Below, one piece after another: positions 47,071-62,032 of a stretch of 64,000 bases of DNA. Origin of the DNA: Saccostrea cucullata (taxonomy: Eukaryota). Positions within the stretch are counted from its first letter, which is position 1; the number at the start of each line of letters is the position of its first letter. Below the pieces are notes generated by a model. That model had not been told where the DNA came from. It saw only the letters and a program-made list of their open reading frames with translations, and did no database searches. Made by a program: the position numbers and the translations under genes. The stretch spans positions 128,655 through 192,654 of the forward strand of contig NW_026925150.1 of assembly GCF_032062105.1 (NCBI RefSeq), given 5' to 3'.

Positions 47071-50000
47071 CAAAACATGGAATTTGTTTAAATAATCATA
47101 AAGAAGGTGTGGGGTATCGTTAAAATGAGCTCAGTGCCCACAGTACCTCTAGTTTCTCTTCAACCTTTGGAAATACAAATGATTTATTGGTAAGAAATTA
47201 ATTTAACTTTTCTTAGGCATGCCAATGGAAAACATCTGGGACGTATATTTTTTAATTTAGGGTTGAATTGAATAAGAATCTCTGGGCTATCCGGAACTCG
47301 TTGGCTTATTCGTAACTGGTAAAAATGACACCTATGGTAACTTGCAAAATAAATTTTTTTGAAGGCAGGATAAATTTTTATGAAACAATATTTGATTCTA
47401 CAAGTCATCGAACTACCTTGACAAAACACTTAAATTTTGAAATAATGTCTAGTATATTTATAGTTTAGCCGAATCGGTTTCTTATTCGGAACTGGCCAAA
47501 CAACTGTACCTGCGCTCACATATTTTAATAAATAAGGACTTCAAAGAGTGGAGCCGGGTTAAAATGCAATGGGAATCGGATGTTAACATGATACCCCTAC
47601 CCCAATAAAAGATCAATGTTTTTTAAACCACTTTTCTATTTTTGTTAAAAATAGTATTCTATGAAGCTACACATATCAATGATTAGTTACATATAAAAAT
47701 TTGAGTAAAATTTATACATTTTATTTTTTGTCAATGCACCGAGGGCCGCAAGTCACCGCATCCTTTTTTGACTTCTTCTCAAGAAACACAAAATTGAACG
47801 ATTTCAACTAAACATAACATAAAACATTTTTAGATAAAAGGGATTTGAATGACTATGTCCTTAAGAAGTGAGAAAATACATAAGAGTTTCTTAGAAAATT
47901 TTCATGAATCAGAATTTCATGAATCAAATAGCTGAAAGAAAATAAAAGAACTTGAAAGCTTCCTTACATAGAGTAGAATCACATTTGTTCCAGTAATAAC
48001 CCTTGTGGAATGGGGTGGCGCTAAAATAGCTAGGGTATCACAGTTTTACATTGGAATATAAACCTCTGCTCCACATTTCACGACTTTTTTTTAAAGATTC
48101 CAAACATTGATATAGCAACAACTATAACATTCAATTCAAATAAAAAATAGTTTGAAGTATGAAGCGTTGCTTACTTTTTCAGAAATGAATGATATGTCAA
48201 ATCCTGATTTGAAGAAAATTTGATATGGTCATTAGAAAGATCAATTATTTTTAATCTCACAATTAAATTAGAAATATGAAGTATATATAAAAATAATATT
48301 TACTCTCATACCTATCTAATTCCCTTTAGAAAACATACTGGAGCGATGCTTTTAAATCAGAATTTCAAATTGTTTTCTGTGCATTTAAAATAAACAAGAG
48401 TTATCGTTCCATCATTTCCCTTGAAATTCTTTTTTAATGAAATAAGATATTAATTAAATGTTTATAAACAATTCTGCGTCTTTTATTTCTGTACAATTAA
48501 AAGACTTACATGTTTAGAGATAGATTTTTTTATCAATTTACACCATTAAATTTACACCGTTTAAAGGAACTGAGTATAAATGTTTTAGGTAAACTATTAA
48601 AAATAATTTATAAATATACTAGCAATAGAACTAGAAATCAACCTCTGAACTATGGAATAGGTTTGCCTGAGTTAACAATAAAATGGTTCTTATGATAGAG
48701 ACCTGTAAACTCTGGCATGACAAAATATTGAATTCCATGACAAAATGTCTGAAGAAAGTTATTTTTCTTATCTGTAGAGTTATCTCTTTTTTCAGAGTAT
48801 CAATGAACCCTAAGTGATGTCGTAAGCCATACTGTATACAGGGAAATTTTCAACCCATTTTATTTTCACCCTTTCGCCCTCATCTGAAATTGGTGAATTT
48901 TAAACTGGGCTAATTAAGAATAAACAGTATATAATACCTTAAACAAAAATCTTTCTGGGCAAATTTAAAACAGGGCAAACTTGTTTCCAAACATGAAAGG
49001 GCGAAAAACAAAAAAAACACATGGCAAAATGGAAGTCAAACTCTAAGGTTAAGGTTGAAAGGTCAATTTTTAGTATCCGAAATTAAAAGACTTGTTTCAA
49101 GGAATACACCTGTGCAATATGACAGCCCTAGTATAAAAGACTCAGAAGATGACATCTAACTTCAAGAGTATAAGTTCAAAGGATTGAAAAGCACCAAGCA
49201 ATGACCATAAAAGCAGATACTGTTTTTTTTTTGTCAGCGCAACTTCTCATAAACCACTGCACAGAATTTCATCAAACTTTGCAGATATTTATGACACAAT
49301 GTTTAGATGTTCAGAGTACCAGAAAAATTCTGATTCCTTTATTTTTTCCTGTAATTTCTACACTTTTAAACTTACTAGAATTTTGGCCATACCTTGTTGA
49401 ATATAGAAATGGAGAGTTTGTCAGCACAACTCCTTTTAAACTGCTGCACAGAATTTCATTAAATTTTGCAGATATTTGGGACACTGTTTAGATGTGAATA
49501 TTACTAGGAAATTCCAATTCCTTTATTTTTCTTGGAAATTCGGCACTTTTCAGCATACAATTTTGTCCATACTTGAAATATAGAGATGAATATTTTTGTC
49601 AGCGCAATTCTGCACAGAATTTGTCAAACTTTGCAGATATTTAGGACGTAATGTAAAGATGTGCATGTGACCAAAAAATTCCGAATCTTTTATTTTTCTT
49701 GGAAATTTGGCACTTTTCAACTTAGATTTTTGGGCATATATTCAAGAGGATGAGCTATGTAATGGACCCCTACAGAAATAAAAAAATTCAAAACTCTCAC
49801 CATGTAATTGATAAAATAAAACAATTGTAATGAAAATTTTCCATGGATTCTAAATTAAAGTGTTTACCTATTAGTTCAGGGTGACCCTCTTTCAACCTGA
49901 CTACTAGACCATTTTTCACCCCCCGTCATGTTAGACGCACCATCGCTTCCGAATCCAACTAATTTTTGTACATGATGATCATTCAGCCCATCTTCAGTCA

Positions 50001-50214
50001 TCATTCTTTAATTTCCTCTTATTCTGGAGAGGGACGTTAAACAGTAAACATTTAATTTCCTCAAATTTAGAAAGGTCCATAGAGCTGGTGGATTCTGGTT
50101 CCCACAGAAAGCGTGTGGTAATTTTTCCATTGACTGAAAATCGAATAAATATAGTCTCTTGTTCAAATGTACTTCCATCAGTACTTCCATCAATTGTGAG
50201 TGAAAATAACTTAA

Positions 50215-50660
50215 CAACATCCTAAGGGCCCCGCAAGGATTTGCGGGTGCTCTATAGTAATCACTCTGTCTGTCTGTCTGTCCGTTTGTCTGTCCGTCTG
50301 TCATTCTTCCGTCCACAAATTTCCTGTTTTTTCCTAACTTTTTTTATGGTAGCCCAATTATGTTCAAATTTGGTATGGTAGTTCAGTAGGCAAAAAGACA
50401 TATTTTGATGCTAAGTTTGTCTCTCTATGTCCTCTGGTTTGAAGCTAGGGTGGTGGGGTAGATTCCTTAACTATGCATAAGAATGAATGGGCAACTTTTT
50501 TTATGGTTGCCCAATCAAGTAGAAATTTGGTATGGTAGTTCAGTAGGCAGAAATACACACTTTGATGCTAAGTTTGGTTCTCTATGTCCCCTGGTTTGGA
50601 GCTGGGGTGGTGGGGTTGATTCCTTAACTTTGTATATAAGAATGCATTGGCAAGGAGATA
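50215..50660 (+). mobile_element. Element with terminal hairpin (gggccccgcaaggatttgcggg), (CTGTCYGT)n tract and two ~150-bp internal subrepeats
   Basis: tggtagcccaatt.tgttcaaatttggtatggtagttcagtaggca.aaa.aca.attttgatgctaagtttg..tctctatgtcc.ctggtttg.agct.gggtggtggggt.gattccttaact is duplicated at about 50335 and 50497. Confidence 0.65.
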
Positions 50661-53600
50661 TAACTGCTGCAGATGTTCCCATTCAGTAAACTGAATGCTG
50701 CTATGAGTCCCTCGGGATTAATTAGCTTTCCTCCTGAAGAAAATCCAGAGCATTATCTTTATCTGTCACATTTAGATGAATTACCACCTCTGTCTGCAAA
50801 TGAAGTTTGTTTTGAAGTTAAGTCAATTTGGAATGCTATGAACACTCTGAAATGTGGATTTGAATATAAAATTTTATAATTTATTTTTTTTTTGTTTTAT
50901 ATTTATGATTTCATTGAATTCAAAAAACAAGAAATAGATTAACATGATTAAAGAAGAGTTTTTGATTTACTTTTTTTTCACTTTATGTAAATTCAAGAAT
51001 ATTATTAATTTTTTCACTTTATGTTAATTCAAGAATATTATTAATTATTATTAAGGTAGTTGTATAAAAACCCCACTCTATCATTTATACTGAAAAGTTC
51101 TTATTATAACTTTAGAAGAAAATGATGAGAGAGGTACAATAATTCCCTTGGGATTAATTATCTAGCCTGCTGCAGAAAATTTAGTAGGCTTTTCTTTATC
51201 TGTCACTTTAATATTAATGAAAACATTTGTCTGCAACTGCTGTTTGTTTGAAGTTAAAGTCAAGCCTTCATGTAATATATTTGCATCTTCATTGAAGGCT
51301 GGCATTTTATACAACACAAGCTTCATAATTGTTTAGATATATATTTAATGTTAAGTTGTTCTTTACTGCCTAATGTAAATACCAGGGTATTATTTTCAGG
51401 TTTTTGAATATCCAGGAATTATCTTGAAATTTTAAGAATACAGTTGCTGTTGCTTATTTTTTGTACATTTTTAAATCATTCTGTAAGCTGCACCCTTTTA
51501 ATTCTACCCCATGGCGGGGCCCTTGCTGACTGGTCAGTTTTCTAATGTTTTCCAATTTCTCCTTTTCACAACTTGAAATGTGTTCAAGAAATGTTGTGAC
51601 AGCTTTTTGATCATTGTAAGTGTTCCCGTGGCAAGCCCCTTTGCTTCATTAAGTTTATTCAGCCAAATGAAATCTGATATTGGCCTGTTGTGTTTGATTA
51701 GCGCATGGATATTTCTGAATTTGTTTTCAATTTGGTTTCTTGAAGATTTGTTCGTAGAAATTACACTTTTATGCGCAACTGTTTCCCAATTTTGTGCCAC
51801 TATATGTGACTTTGTAATCTCTAGGCTAAGCGATTTTAAGTGGACAGCATGAACAGTAGATGTTTCATGATCCCACACTGTAGAGAAACAAAAATTCTTA
51901 GATCCAGAAGTAAAGGTAGATTTCGGAAAGGACCTTGTTTGTCCTACCTCTATGCAGATAGCATGTCATCCCCTTTTCTTAGCTGTACTTTAACCTTTCC
52001 TTTTCTCTCTGCCATTCTTCTTTAAACTTGCACAACCTCCTTTCCTCGTATTTACCTTAGCTGTATAGGTAAGGCAAGGGTGTCACATTGGGGCAGAGGT
52101 TGAAAATTTTGCATAAAAATATATAGAGTAGAAAATCTTTAAAATCTTCTCAGCAAAATATTGATTTGTAATGTGGATATAAAAACATCATCAGACAATG
52201 TAGATTCAAGTTTGTTCAAATGATGATTTCCAGGAATAGGGAGGGGCCACAATGCATGGATCAAAGATTTACAAAGAAAATCTTCAAAAGAATCTTTAAA
52301 GATCTTTTGTTCAGAATCAACATAGTCATATCATTGGAATATTGATACATGTATGTAGGGGTGCAACGGTACACCTACCCCACGATACGATACCTATCAC
52401 GGTATTCAGTTCACGGTTCGATACGTATCACGGTACATGACATACTGGGTTAAAAAGTCAGACGTTTGTCATCATATACTTTAAACTCGAAAGTTTTATC
52501 AAATGCTCATTACACTAACACTAGGAAAGTGATAACATCCTTCGACCTGATAAAAATGAAACTGGAAACAAGTTTATTTGCCGTTTCTGCAGTTTCATTG
52601 ACCTCATGTTTCGTGCGGAAGCCAAATTGAAATTGTAAGCAAAGAACCAAAATGAACAATTGGATAATTACGGACCAAACAAGTGATATCAGGTTCACGT
52701 ATCGTGAATTGAACCGTGGAAAAATAAACCGCGGTATACCGATAAACGGTTTATCGTTGCACTCTTACATGTATGAAAGCTAGTGTTGTAAAATCGGACA
52801 TATTTTACTATCGATTATCAAATTGAATCGGAAGAACACAATCGATTATATAATCGATAATTTGAACTATTGAAAAGGTTAAATTTATTAATTCAGCATG
52901 AGTAGAATTCCATGACATGTGACCGCGAACTTCAACTTATCTTTATTGGCATACAACATTTTACACAATTTACAAATAACCGAGTCCATCAGTATATTAT
53001 TTTTGCATGGAGGCCCATCGCCCTTTTTCAGAAAGCCAAAAAATTTCAAACTTTAGATCGTGTTGCACCAGGATATTGATATAATTAGGCATCAACCTCT
53101 TCACCATGCACGTTCGCCATTTTGTTTACCGCCGATTAGAGTAACGTCCCTTTGGTGAATATAAAATTTAAACCTGATCGGCTTAAAAAATACGGCATGA
53201 AAAATATAGCGATCTATCGATGATAATATTTACAATCGATTGTCGCCGATCTGGGTCTTTAAACGACGATTTTTCGATAGTCGGCGACTATCGTAACAAC
53301 ACTAATGAAAGCATCCTCATTTATTGTTGAGGCCCCTTCCCATAAATTTTACTAATTTGAACTAATTTGTGCTTTTTCATTGCCAGTATGCTCATGTGAG
53401 TGATGTGACTTATGGGTCTTTTGAATAAATTTATGTATTCCCCAAGGGCTTTGTTTTATATATGCATTTTTTTTTAGTTTGAAGAGCATTCGTGGAAAAA
53501 AAGTCCTGTCATGGTTATAGCTGTAAAGGAATGTGTTTGGAAGAAATATGGAAACACAGGTAGAAAAACTCTAGAAAACTTAACAAAAATTTAGATTTTT

Positions 53601-53780
53601 CAGATTTTTGAAACATATCTAAAATGAGTTTAATTGATAAAATATTTTGTGCTCAACCTGATTATATTATTTTAAACACAATAAATAACAGGCAACATTG
53701 AAAAAACAATGGCATTGTCATATCCAGGCATGTCTTACACAATTTTTCAAGCCATCAGTTGTTGCCCTCCCTAACACAGT

Positions 53781-55694
53781 TACAGTACCGACCAGACCCA
53801 ACCTGACACCAAAGCAGTCCCAGAAAGCAGTCCCTGGGACTGCTTTGGGACTGCTCTGGGACCGCTGTGGGACTGCTCTGGGACCGCTGTGGGACTGCTC
53901 TGGGACCGCTATGGGACTGCTCTGGGACTGCTATGAAAAGCAGTCCCAGCAGTCCCAGCTGCCCCTGGGACTGCATTCTGGGACTGCTTTGTTCACTCAT
54001 GTGTGACAAAGGTTCTGAGTGACATGATAGCTCCGCCCCCTTGTGTATTCTGAATTTGCAGGCTCCCTATTGTTTTGTTTACTTGCAGCAGAGAGGAGTT
54101 TTAACTGTTTAATACGCAAGGATTTCTTATAATCTTTTAATAACTGGAGATTACATGTATTATAGTTAATTTATAGTTTTAGGGACTGTATTTTTACACA
54201 AATGTAATATAGAATATTTTTAAAAATAAAGTTGTTAAATAAGGAAGTCAGGAGGAGATTTTTATTTCTAAAGTATATAAAACTACAGGCTTATGAGAAA
54301 AAATATCTACATGTAGATTTCTTTTCTTATTAAATCTAAAATTAAATACTCAAAATTTTCATTCGGCACTATTTAAAAAATCATTACATTTAGATATAAG
54401 ATATTTTAATTGAAAAGGCTACACGTTTTACAAGCACCACGCTAAAAGAGTATTACATACAACCCGCAAATAAAAATCTAACAATTTATTTTATGACATG
54501 AAATAAAATTATGCCACCATTCTTCCGTAACATAAGCAATGTGAACAATTATACGAGAATTTACAGAGGAATTAGTTTTTAATTTATGAATAAGTTATTA
54601 AAAGTGAAAATTAAAAAATAATTAATAAACAGTTGAAAACCTGTAATACCTGGAATTGTGATTATTTCTTTTTTGTTTTGCTTTTGTTTACCTGGCCGAT
54701 AATGTGTATGAATAAAATGGTATAAACACCTGTGGTTTCAATCGCCTTTGGGCAGAAAATCAATCATGCATGTTATTTGGGTACACGTATCAGTGTTACA
54801 CATCATTGAACATGCTGCTCAATAAACAACGACCCTAATTTCAATCTATGTAAAAAATGTAATGCATAAAAAAGATAAGTGAAATGTGTATAAATTTCTT
54901 TCAAGATTAATTAATGTTGAACATAATCTTAGGATTCTATACTGGTCACTAATACAATTTACATATAAAACAATAATTTTTAAATTAACATGTCAGTAAA
55001 GAATAATCAATACTGAAAAATATTACTTGGCAAAATTAGCAACGATTTTTTCAAAAGCCCTAATACTTTTTAAAAAATGCCTTTAGAGTATCCCGATAGT
55101 GTGGAAATCGGCCATGATGTATAATGAATAGATCTATTTAAAACTAATTCTGGTGAAATATAATTAATTCAATTTTAATTTTCTGTATAGAAAATAAATA
55201 TGGGAGCCAGTATCAATCACAAAAAAACCCAAGATAATTGTGATTAAATATACATGTTCAGTGTAATTCATTTATGTAGTTGTGTAAGCTTTATTCCTTC
55301 AATAAATATGATTTCAAATTGTTTCAAATATATGCGGGTACTGCTCATACATGTAAATGACCTTCGCATTGTAAGGATTCCTGGCATACTGCTCAGAAAA
55401 AAATTCAGCTGCCTTTTATAGTTCCATTGTTTATTGGAAATCTCATTTCTGAGTTAGCCCCACCCGTTAAATTAATAAACCCCGCCCACTGGGACTGCTG
55501 GGACTGCTTTCTGGGACTGCTTTCTGGGACCGCTGGGACTGCTGGGACCGCTCTGGGACTGCTGTGGGACTGCTCTGGGACCGCTGTGGGACTGCTCTGG
55601 GACCGCTGCGGGACTGCTTTAGCAGTCCCAGAAAGCAGTCCCCAGGACTGCTCTGGGACTGCTTTGTGTCAGGTTGGGTCTGGTCGGTACTGTA
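53781..55694. mobile_element. Foldback-like element: ~200-bp inverted terminal arms built from GGGACTGC(T)NT minisatellite, about 1.5-kb AT-rich core without ORFs
   Basis: Left arm tacagtaccgaccagacccaacctgacaccaaagcagtcccagaaagcagtccctgggactgc.. is the reverse complement of the right arm ..gggactgctttgtgtcaggttgggtctggtcggtactgta. ORFs 53698..54009 and 55427..55726 are minisatellite translations. Confidence 0.65.
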
Positions 55695-56212
55695 TGTTCC
55701 CTCTCGTGCAATCATTCTGCATATAAATTACGTCGGGTTCGAAATTCAAAGAGGCAGTTGCGAAGCAAATGTAAACAGTTCCACAAAAGTTAAAAAGTTG
55801 AGACCAGTCTGCGATTTGTTTATTTGAACTCAGAGTAATTAAATATTCAATTGAGGAGAAAAATTCTTTAAATTCAACAAAGGTTATTAACACAAGTGTC
55901 AGTATACAGGAAACATTCTGCTATGATACAGGATGGGATATTACTCAGCGTACATATGTGTAAATAGTGTTCAATAAAAAAGTTCGATGATCGATTTCGG
56001 CTCAATGGTAAGAAATGTTATATACCATATATTACCTGGCTTAATTCTTGGGCAGCAATACCAGAATATTTGCCCCAAGGTGACAGGAAAGCCCTGGAGT
56101 GTTGTCGCCCAATGCCGCAGGCAGAGGCCGACATAACACTCCAGGGCTTTGCTATCACCTTGGGGCAAATATTCTGGTATGCTGCCCTCGACGCCATGTA
56201 ATATATACACTG

Positions 56213-56290
56213 TATATATATATATATATATATATATAAGCTCACCTGAGATTTTCTGATCAAAATTGTCTTTAGTCTGTACATATGTAT
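56213..56290 (+). repeat. (TA)13 microsatellite abutting a truncated AGCTCACCTGAG element head
   Basis: tatatatatatatatatatatatataagctcacctgagattttctgatcaaaattgtc. Confidence 0.7.
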
Positions 56291-59200
56291 CTTAAGCTGT
56301 CTGCAGGGCTGTCACAGCACCTTTTGGTACAGGGATCGGGTCCCTCTATATTGGGAAAAATCCCTTACATTTTTGTCAAATTTGGGAAAATTTTAAACAT
56401 ACTTTCATGTACCGTTAAAGTAGAATTTTTAGCGAGGATTTAATTTTGGCATTATTAGCGAGAGTGCCGAGATTGCTAAAATTGAATATTGCTAAAAATC
56501 AATTGTGTTTTATTTGTAATAGCTTCTTTTATGTGCATTTTAAAATCGCTGAAATAACGTCTCGCAAAAATAAATTACCAGTTTTTAAGGAAAAATCGCT
56601 AAATTTGCGACTCGTTAAAATTTCCACTTATACGATATTCAATTAACACCCACCCCCAAGAAAAAGAAAAGCTTAAATTTACAGGACATAAGCATGATAA
56701 GGTCTGATAAAATCTATATTTAACAGACCAAACATTTACTTACTTATCAGGCTTTTTTCCATATAATACAGAGACTTAAAAATGTGGGGAGGGGGTATTT
56801 CTTACTGTTTAATTGCATTTGAAATAAATAAAAAAAAATAGATTATATAGAATAATTTATTGAAATTACCAAAATACTATTTAAAGTTTTCCTTTAGGAT
56901 GTAATATCATAAAATTGCCTAGATCTACAATTTATTTCTTTTTTCTACCAATTCTGGTGATTTAACACATGCAAATGAAACAGATAGTATCCAAGATTTT
57001 ATTTAAGGAATGAAGCTTATTTCAACTTATGTTATCCGATATAACATAAATTGGGGCAGTTTACGCTTTATAAACCTCAAAGCGGTTTTCAGGGAATGTA
57101 AAACAATATAGAATCAATCAATCAGAAACGGGTAAGGTGGTGCCACAATGGAGTATCAAATTTTGTAATGGAATATGTAGTGAAAAATATTTTTAAAACG
57201 TTAAATCTGGAATAAAGTCATTTGATATTTTGATAAGGAAGCATCCTTAGGTAGTTATAAAATGAAGTCCTCACCACCTGTGATTTTTTCAATACTAAAC
57301 TGATCTGTGCTTTTTCCTTACTAATGTGCTCAGGAGAGTGATGTGGCCATTGGCCCCTTGTTTTTAGTGATCCTAACAGGCTATCTGAATAAAAAGATCA
57401 AAGAAGAAAAGCTACTGCAAATGCCAGCCATAGCCTCCAGAATGAAGGAGTTAAAGTCATGGTACCTCAAAAAGAAGAAGAAGGCATCAAAAGAATTGAC
57501 TATCAAAAGCTGTAATGTTGACTTTAGAATTTTATTAACACAGACTATTTCATAAAAATGAAAGACAAGAACTCCGAATTTTAAATTTTTCAAGTTTGCC
57601 ATGAAAATTTACTTTTTAAGAGTAGCCCAATTGTGATTTTTGTTTGTATGTTTAGCTCTACTGGTCAGCATGGTCAGAGACCAGAAGAGCTTATGCAATA
57701 GTAATGCATCCGTTGTCGGTGTAGCTGTCTGTATGTCTGTCTGTCTGTAAACAATTTTTCAAAATGCTACTTCTACAGTTTTGATCTGATTTCAATATAA
57801 CTTGGCACACAGGTAGACTACATTAAGATACATAATTCTGTTCTATGTATCTGTTTTTGATTTCAATGAACAGTTTTGCCATGGTAACTAAAAATAGAAC
57901 AGAGTTGGCAAAAGAGGTAAAAAATCTGTCGGACACAGTGTCCTACAGATTGTCTAAAAATCACAAAAATTACAGGACACACTAAAAATTTGCCGGACTG
58001 AAAAAACAACAAAATGTAAAATTGAAATTGATTTCTGGTTGGTGGAACTCTTTCTCAGTGGAGGAAGAAAATGTCTGTTGGATGGGGACCATGTGCAAGT
58101 GAATACAATGTAAAATGGATCACTGTAGATTAGAAATAAATCCTGTTTAAATCTCTTGATAAACATTCGCTGACTCACTGTAATGAATTTTATAGAAGAG
58201 TTAGTCCTCATATGAAAACGTTATATTTTTTGATGATATTTTTCACTAAGGTCATTATTGAAATCGTCACTTTTGAAATCAAATAAAAAATACTCTAAAC
58301 TTTCCTTATTTGACAATCGATTATCTGGAGTCCAACCCGTGACAATACATTGTAACAACAGCATGATTGTTCTAGTTCTTCTATTGTCACAACTGTAAAC
58401 AATGTTATGCTTGAGAATTATGGCGCGAGATTTAGAGCTTTCTCGACTTCTCCACAAAAGAGCGGTAGTAAGTTCGATAACTGCCAGGTACTCGCCATAC
58501 TACTACGTATTGCAATATTTAAATAATGTAAAATCTTACAGATTCAATTTCATGAAGTTTTAAGAAATAATGCGTTATGTAATTTCTTTTAATTATATTT
58601 TACTATTGATTATTCTGAATTATCTACGGGACACGGTGTCCGGCGTGGTTCTAGAAACTATCGGACTCAGACGAAATTTACCGGAGATCGCCGGTGGGCC
58701 GGCGTCTTTCGCCATCTCTGATAGAAATTTCTGTGAAATACCGTATATACTCGCCAATAAGTCGGTATTTTGGGAGTGAAATATTGCTCTAAAACTCTAG
58801 GTCCGACTTATGGGCGAGTCATAAAGACTTTGTTATTTTTCTGGAGGTTAAAAGGTAGTATATGTATCTTATTTGCTATTATCAAAGAAAATGTATGTTT
58901 TCTTAGATTGTGTATATAAAGAACAAGTATTTACATGGAATATTTTGATAATTTTATTTGCAATTTAAGTGAGCAATGCCTTTTTTTAAATTTAAGATTA
59001 AATATCAGTGTTATTTCGAAAAATACCAAGTAAAACCAGATTAAAACATCAATGGATTTACTTGAAAGTGTCACCCTAATTTGGCAAAAAAATACACCAA
59101 CTTATAAGCGGGTCAATAGCAAATTCCGCCAAAATAATGTCAAAAAATACAACCGACTTATAGGCGGACCGACTTATAGGCGAGTGTATACGGTACTTCA

Positions 59201-59327
59201 AAGTTCAAATTGCAAATTCTCCTACAGTTTTGGTCTGATTTCAATGTAACTTGGCACACAAGTAGACCACACTAAGCTACATAATTTTATTTTTTCTTCT
59301 AAACTGCTACTCGAAACTTACAACAGT

Positions 59328-59690
59328 TTTTATACGCCCGTCTTAAGATGGGACGTATTATGTTATAGGCTTCGTGTCCGTCCGTCTGTCCATCTGTCTG
59401 TTAGCTTTTTCATTTCCGGCTCATAACTTTAATACTACTAGGCCTAGGATTACCAAACTTTGTCATGTGATGCATCTTGGGTAGAAGATGTGTCGCACAC
59501 AAAAAGTAGGTTTGCTCTGACCTTTAATTAAGAAGTTATAGCCAAATATGGAAAAATCCTTTCTGGCCCATAACTAGAAAACCATAAGACCTACAATCAT
59601 CAAACTTCGCCAGTTTATGCATCTTAGGTAGAAGGTGTGTCGTGACCTATTTCAAGGTCACTGTGACCTTTAATTAAAGTGAATTTTTAA
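59328..59690 (+). repeat. ~365-bp direct repeat, copy 1 (copy 2 at 62033..62395), starts with perfect palindrome CCCGTCTTAAGACGGG and a (GTCY)n tract
   Basis: ttatacgcccgtcttaagatgggacgtattatgttataggcttcgtgtccgtccgtctgtc...tgacctttaattaa.gtga is shared by both copies in the same orientation. Confidence 0.7.
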
Positions 59691-62032
59691 AAAAAAGTGT
59701 CATTTTACTATTCATTTACACATCCCAAATAATGTAAGAGTATTGCACTGTTCTTATTAAAAAAGTGTTAAATCAAGAAAATACTTATTTTTTTAAGCAT
59801 ATACTTGACAGCAATCTAAAACAAATATAATGTATGTTAGAGAAATCCCATGTCTCCCATGAGTGTAATTATCAAGCACTGGTCAAGAATTTTGATTACA
59901 GAAAATTGCATGTCAAATTAGAGAGAAATTAATGGGTTTTGAGTGCGAGGAGCTATTGACAGAGCATTGGAGTTATCTATATCCCTTGAGAATTGGGCAA
60001 ATGGGTAAGCCTGTTTGATTAAGAATAGCTCTTGTTGATTAGCTTAAGTTTTGAAATGTATTGCATGATAGACTAATCTTATTTTATGTAATATTATTAA
60101 TTTAAAAACTAATTTTATGGGGAGGGGTTGAATCAGCATGACCATATGAATTACATACTTAAACCTGTTGTACATTAAATCTCAACCAAAAAAAAAATCT
60201 GAGAGTATTTCATATGTTTTTAAAAAAAAATTGTAGTAGATAGTGCAGACCCATTCATCTCTTGGTAGTAATGAGTAGACAAGCATCCAGTTAAAGATTA
60301 ATTAATGAGTTTAATGTAGAAAGGCCAGCTGTTTCAGTCGCTCTGATTAAGCAGCCCTTTGGGATTTAGACAGAAGAACTGCTGGTCAGTTTATAACATG
60401 TCATTTGATGGCCAGCCTTTTTTTTCCAAAATTAATTTGGTATAGATTAAGTTGTTAAGAATAATTTGATTATGGGCATTTGACAAGGTCTAACACAACC
60501 AGCACAGAAATCTATCAGTGATGTTATATTTATTTATAATTGATGCCTACATCACAGGGGATGGATAAATATTTTAGGGGAATGGAAAAATCATCGAAAT
60601 CTTATAATCAAGGTTGATGTGATTTTTTGCACCTAAACTTCAAGAAAATTGTAATTTTTTGACGGGCGTATCATGCTGTGGCGCGGCACTTTATTGTCTG
60701 ATAACAGCATAATGTTGCATGCAAGTACAGTTTGTCGACTACTCGGACATAAGTAATTTTCTTTTTTTTAGTTTGTTGATTGATGTTGCTTTGGTAACTA
60801 AAATGAAAAATTCTTTAAAATTTTGTTAAAAACTACTCCTACAGTTGTAGTCTTATTGCAATCTTGCCACAAAAAAAGACTGCTACTTTTTTCTTCCTTT
60901 GTTATAAGTATAAACCAGTAGAGCTACTTGCAGTGCCAACAGAGACTTTTGGTTTTAATTTGATTTTGCAGGCATGAAATCAGAAAGTCATACTACTGCC
61001 AACAACAAAAGATTGACAAAAGCAAGCTGTACAATTACAAGTCCTCCTAAAGACCAGGAAGGTTATTTCAGTTTTTGCAATTTCTGACACATGCACATGA
61101 CACTATAACTGCTCCATCATTTTTATATGCCTTGTGTATATCTTTAATACATGTACTCATTATATTTGGATATTGAATCTATCATGATAAATGAAGTTTT
61201 GAAAACTCCCAATTTTTTGTATGTATTTACACAATATTCAATCAAATGTCATCTTTAAACTAGGGTTGGGGCGATATCAATTCTGTATGAGGACTATACA
61301 CAAATTGAAACATATGAAGAAATATCAAAATATTGCCAAAAAAAATTCTGACTTCTGCATGTTTTTCTTTGTTTATTTAACATTTGGGGATTAATATATA
61401 AAATAAGCTAAATATAAACATGATAAATATATATAATTATGAAATAAATAATAATTTTTTAAACACCATGTGAGTAAATATTTTTGTTTTACAACATATA
61501 AACAGCTTTTTGAATAAATTATTCTTATTTGGAAAGAAATATTGTTTATTTTAATGCTAAAAAAAGATTTTATAACCAATTAAACATAAGGTGATACATA
61601 TCGTATCGTGGCTCAAATTTCATGATATGTATCAATATAGAGAAAGTTGTATCATCCCAGCCCTACTTGAAACCAAAATTTAAACTTCAAGAATGTAAAT
61701 GATATAAATATGGAAATTTTATGTTTTTTGTTTTAAATAATTGTTCTAATACAAACCATTAATTTTAACCAAGATGCCCTTTCAAATGATGAACAGAAGA
61801 ATGGGACAGCATCCTTGGGGTGTGAATCAGAAAATCTAAAGGAAAGAAAAACGGGAAATAAAAGGAAAAGTGATTCGAAATCCGATGTTGCAAGAAAGAA
61901 AATAAGAACAGGAGAGAAATCAGTAGCTAAAGGTGATTTATTATTTATGCCCTGCAATGAAAATTGTTTGGGCATATAGAGTTTGTGAATTGGCAAGCCT
62001 TTCTGTCATTCTTCCATTCTTTGATCCTGCTT

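Noticed and set aside
51534-51878. Overlapping sense/antisense ORFs (114 aa and 90 aa) in a slightly GC-richer patch
   Set aside because: No recognisable domain. Could be TE-derived coding debris, but I cannot support a call.
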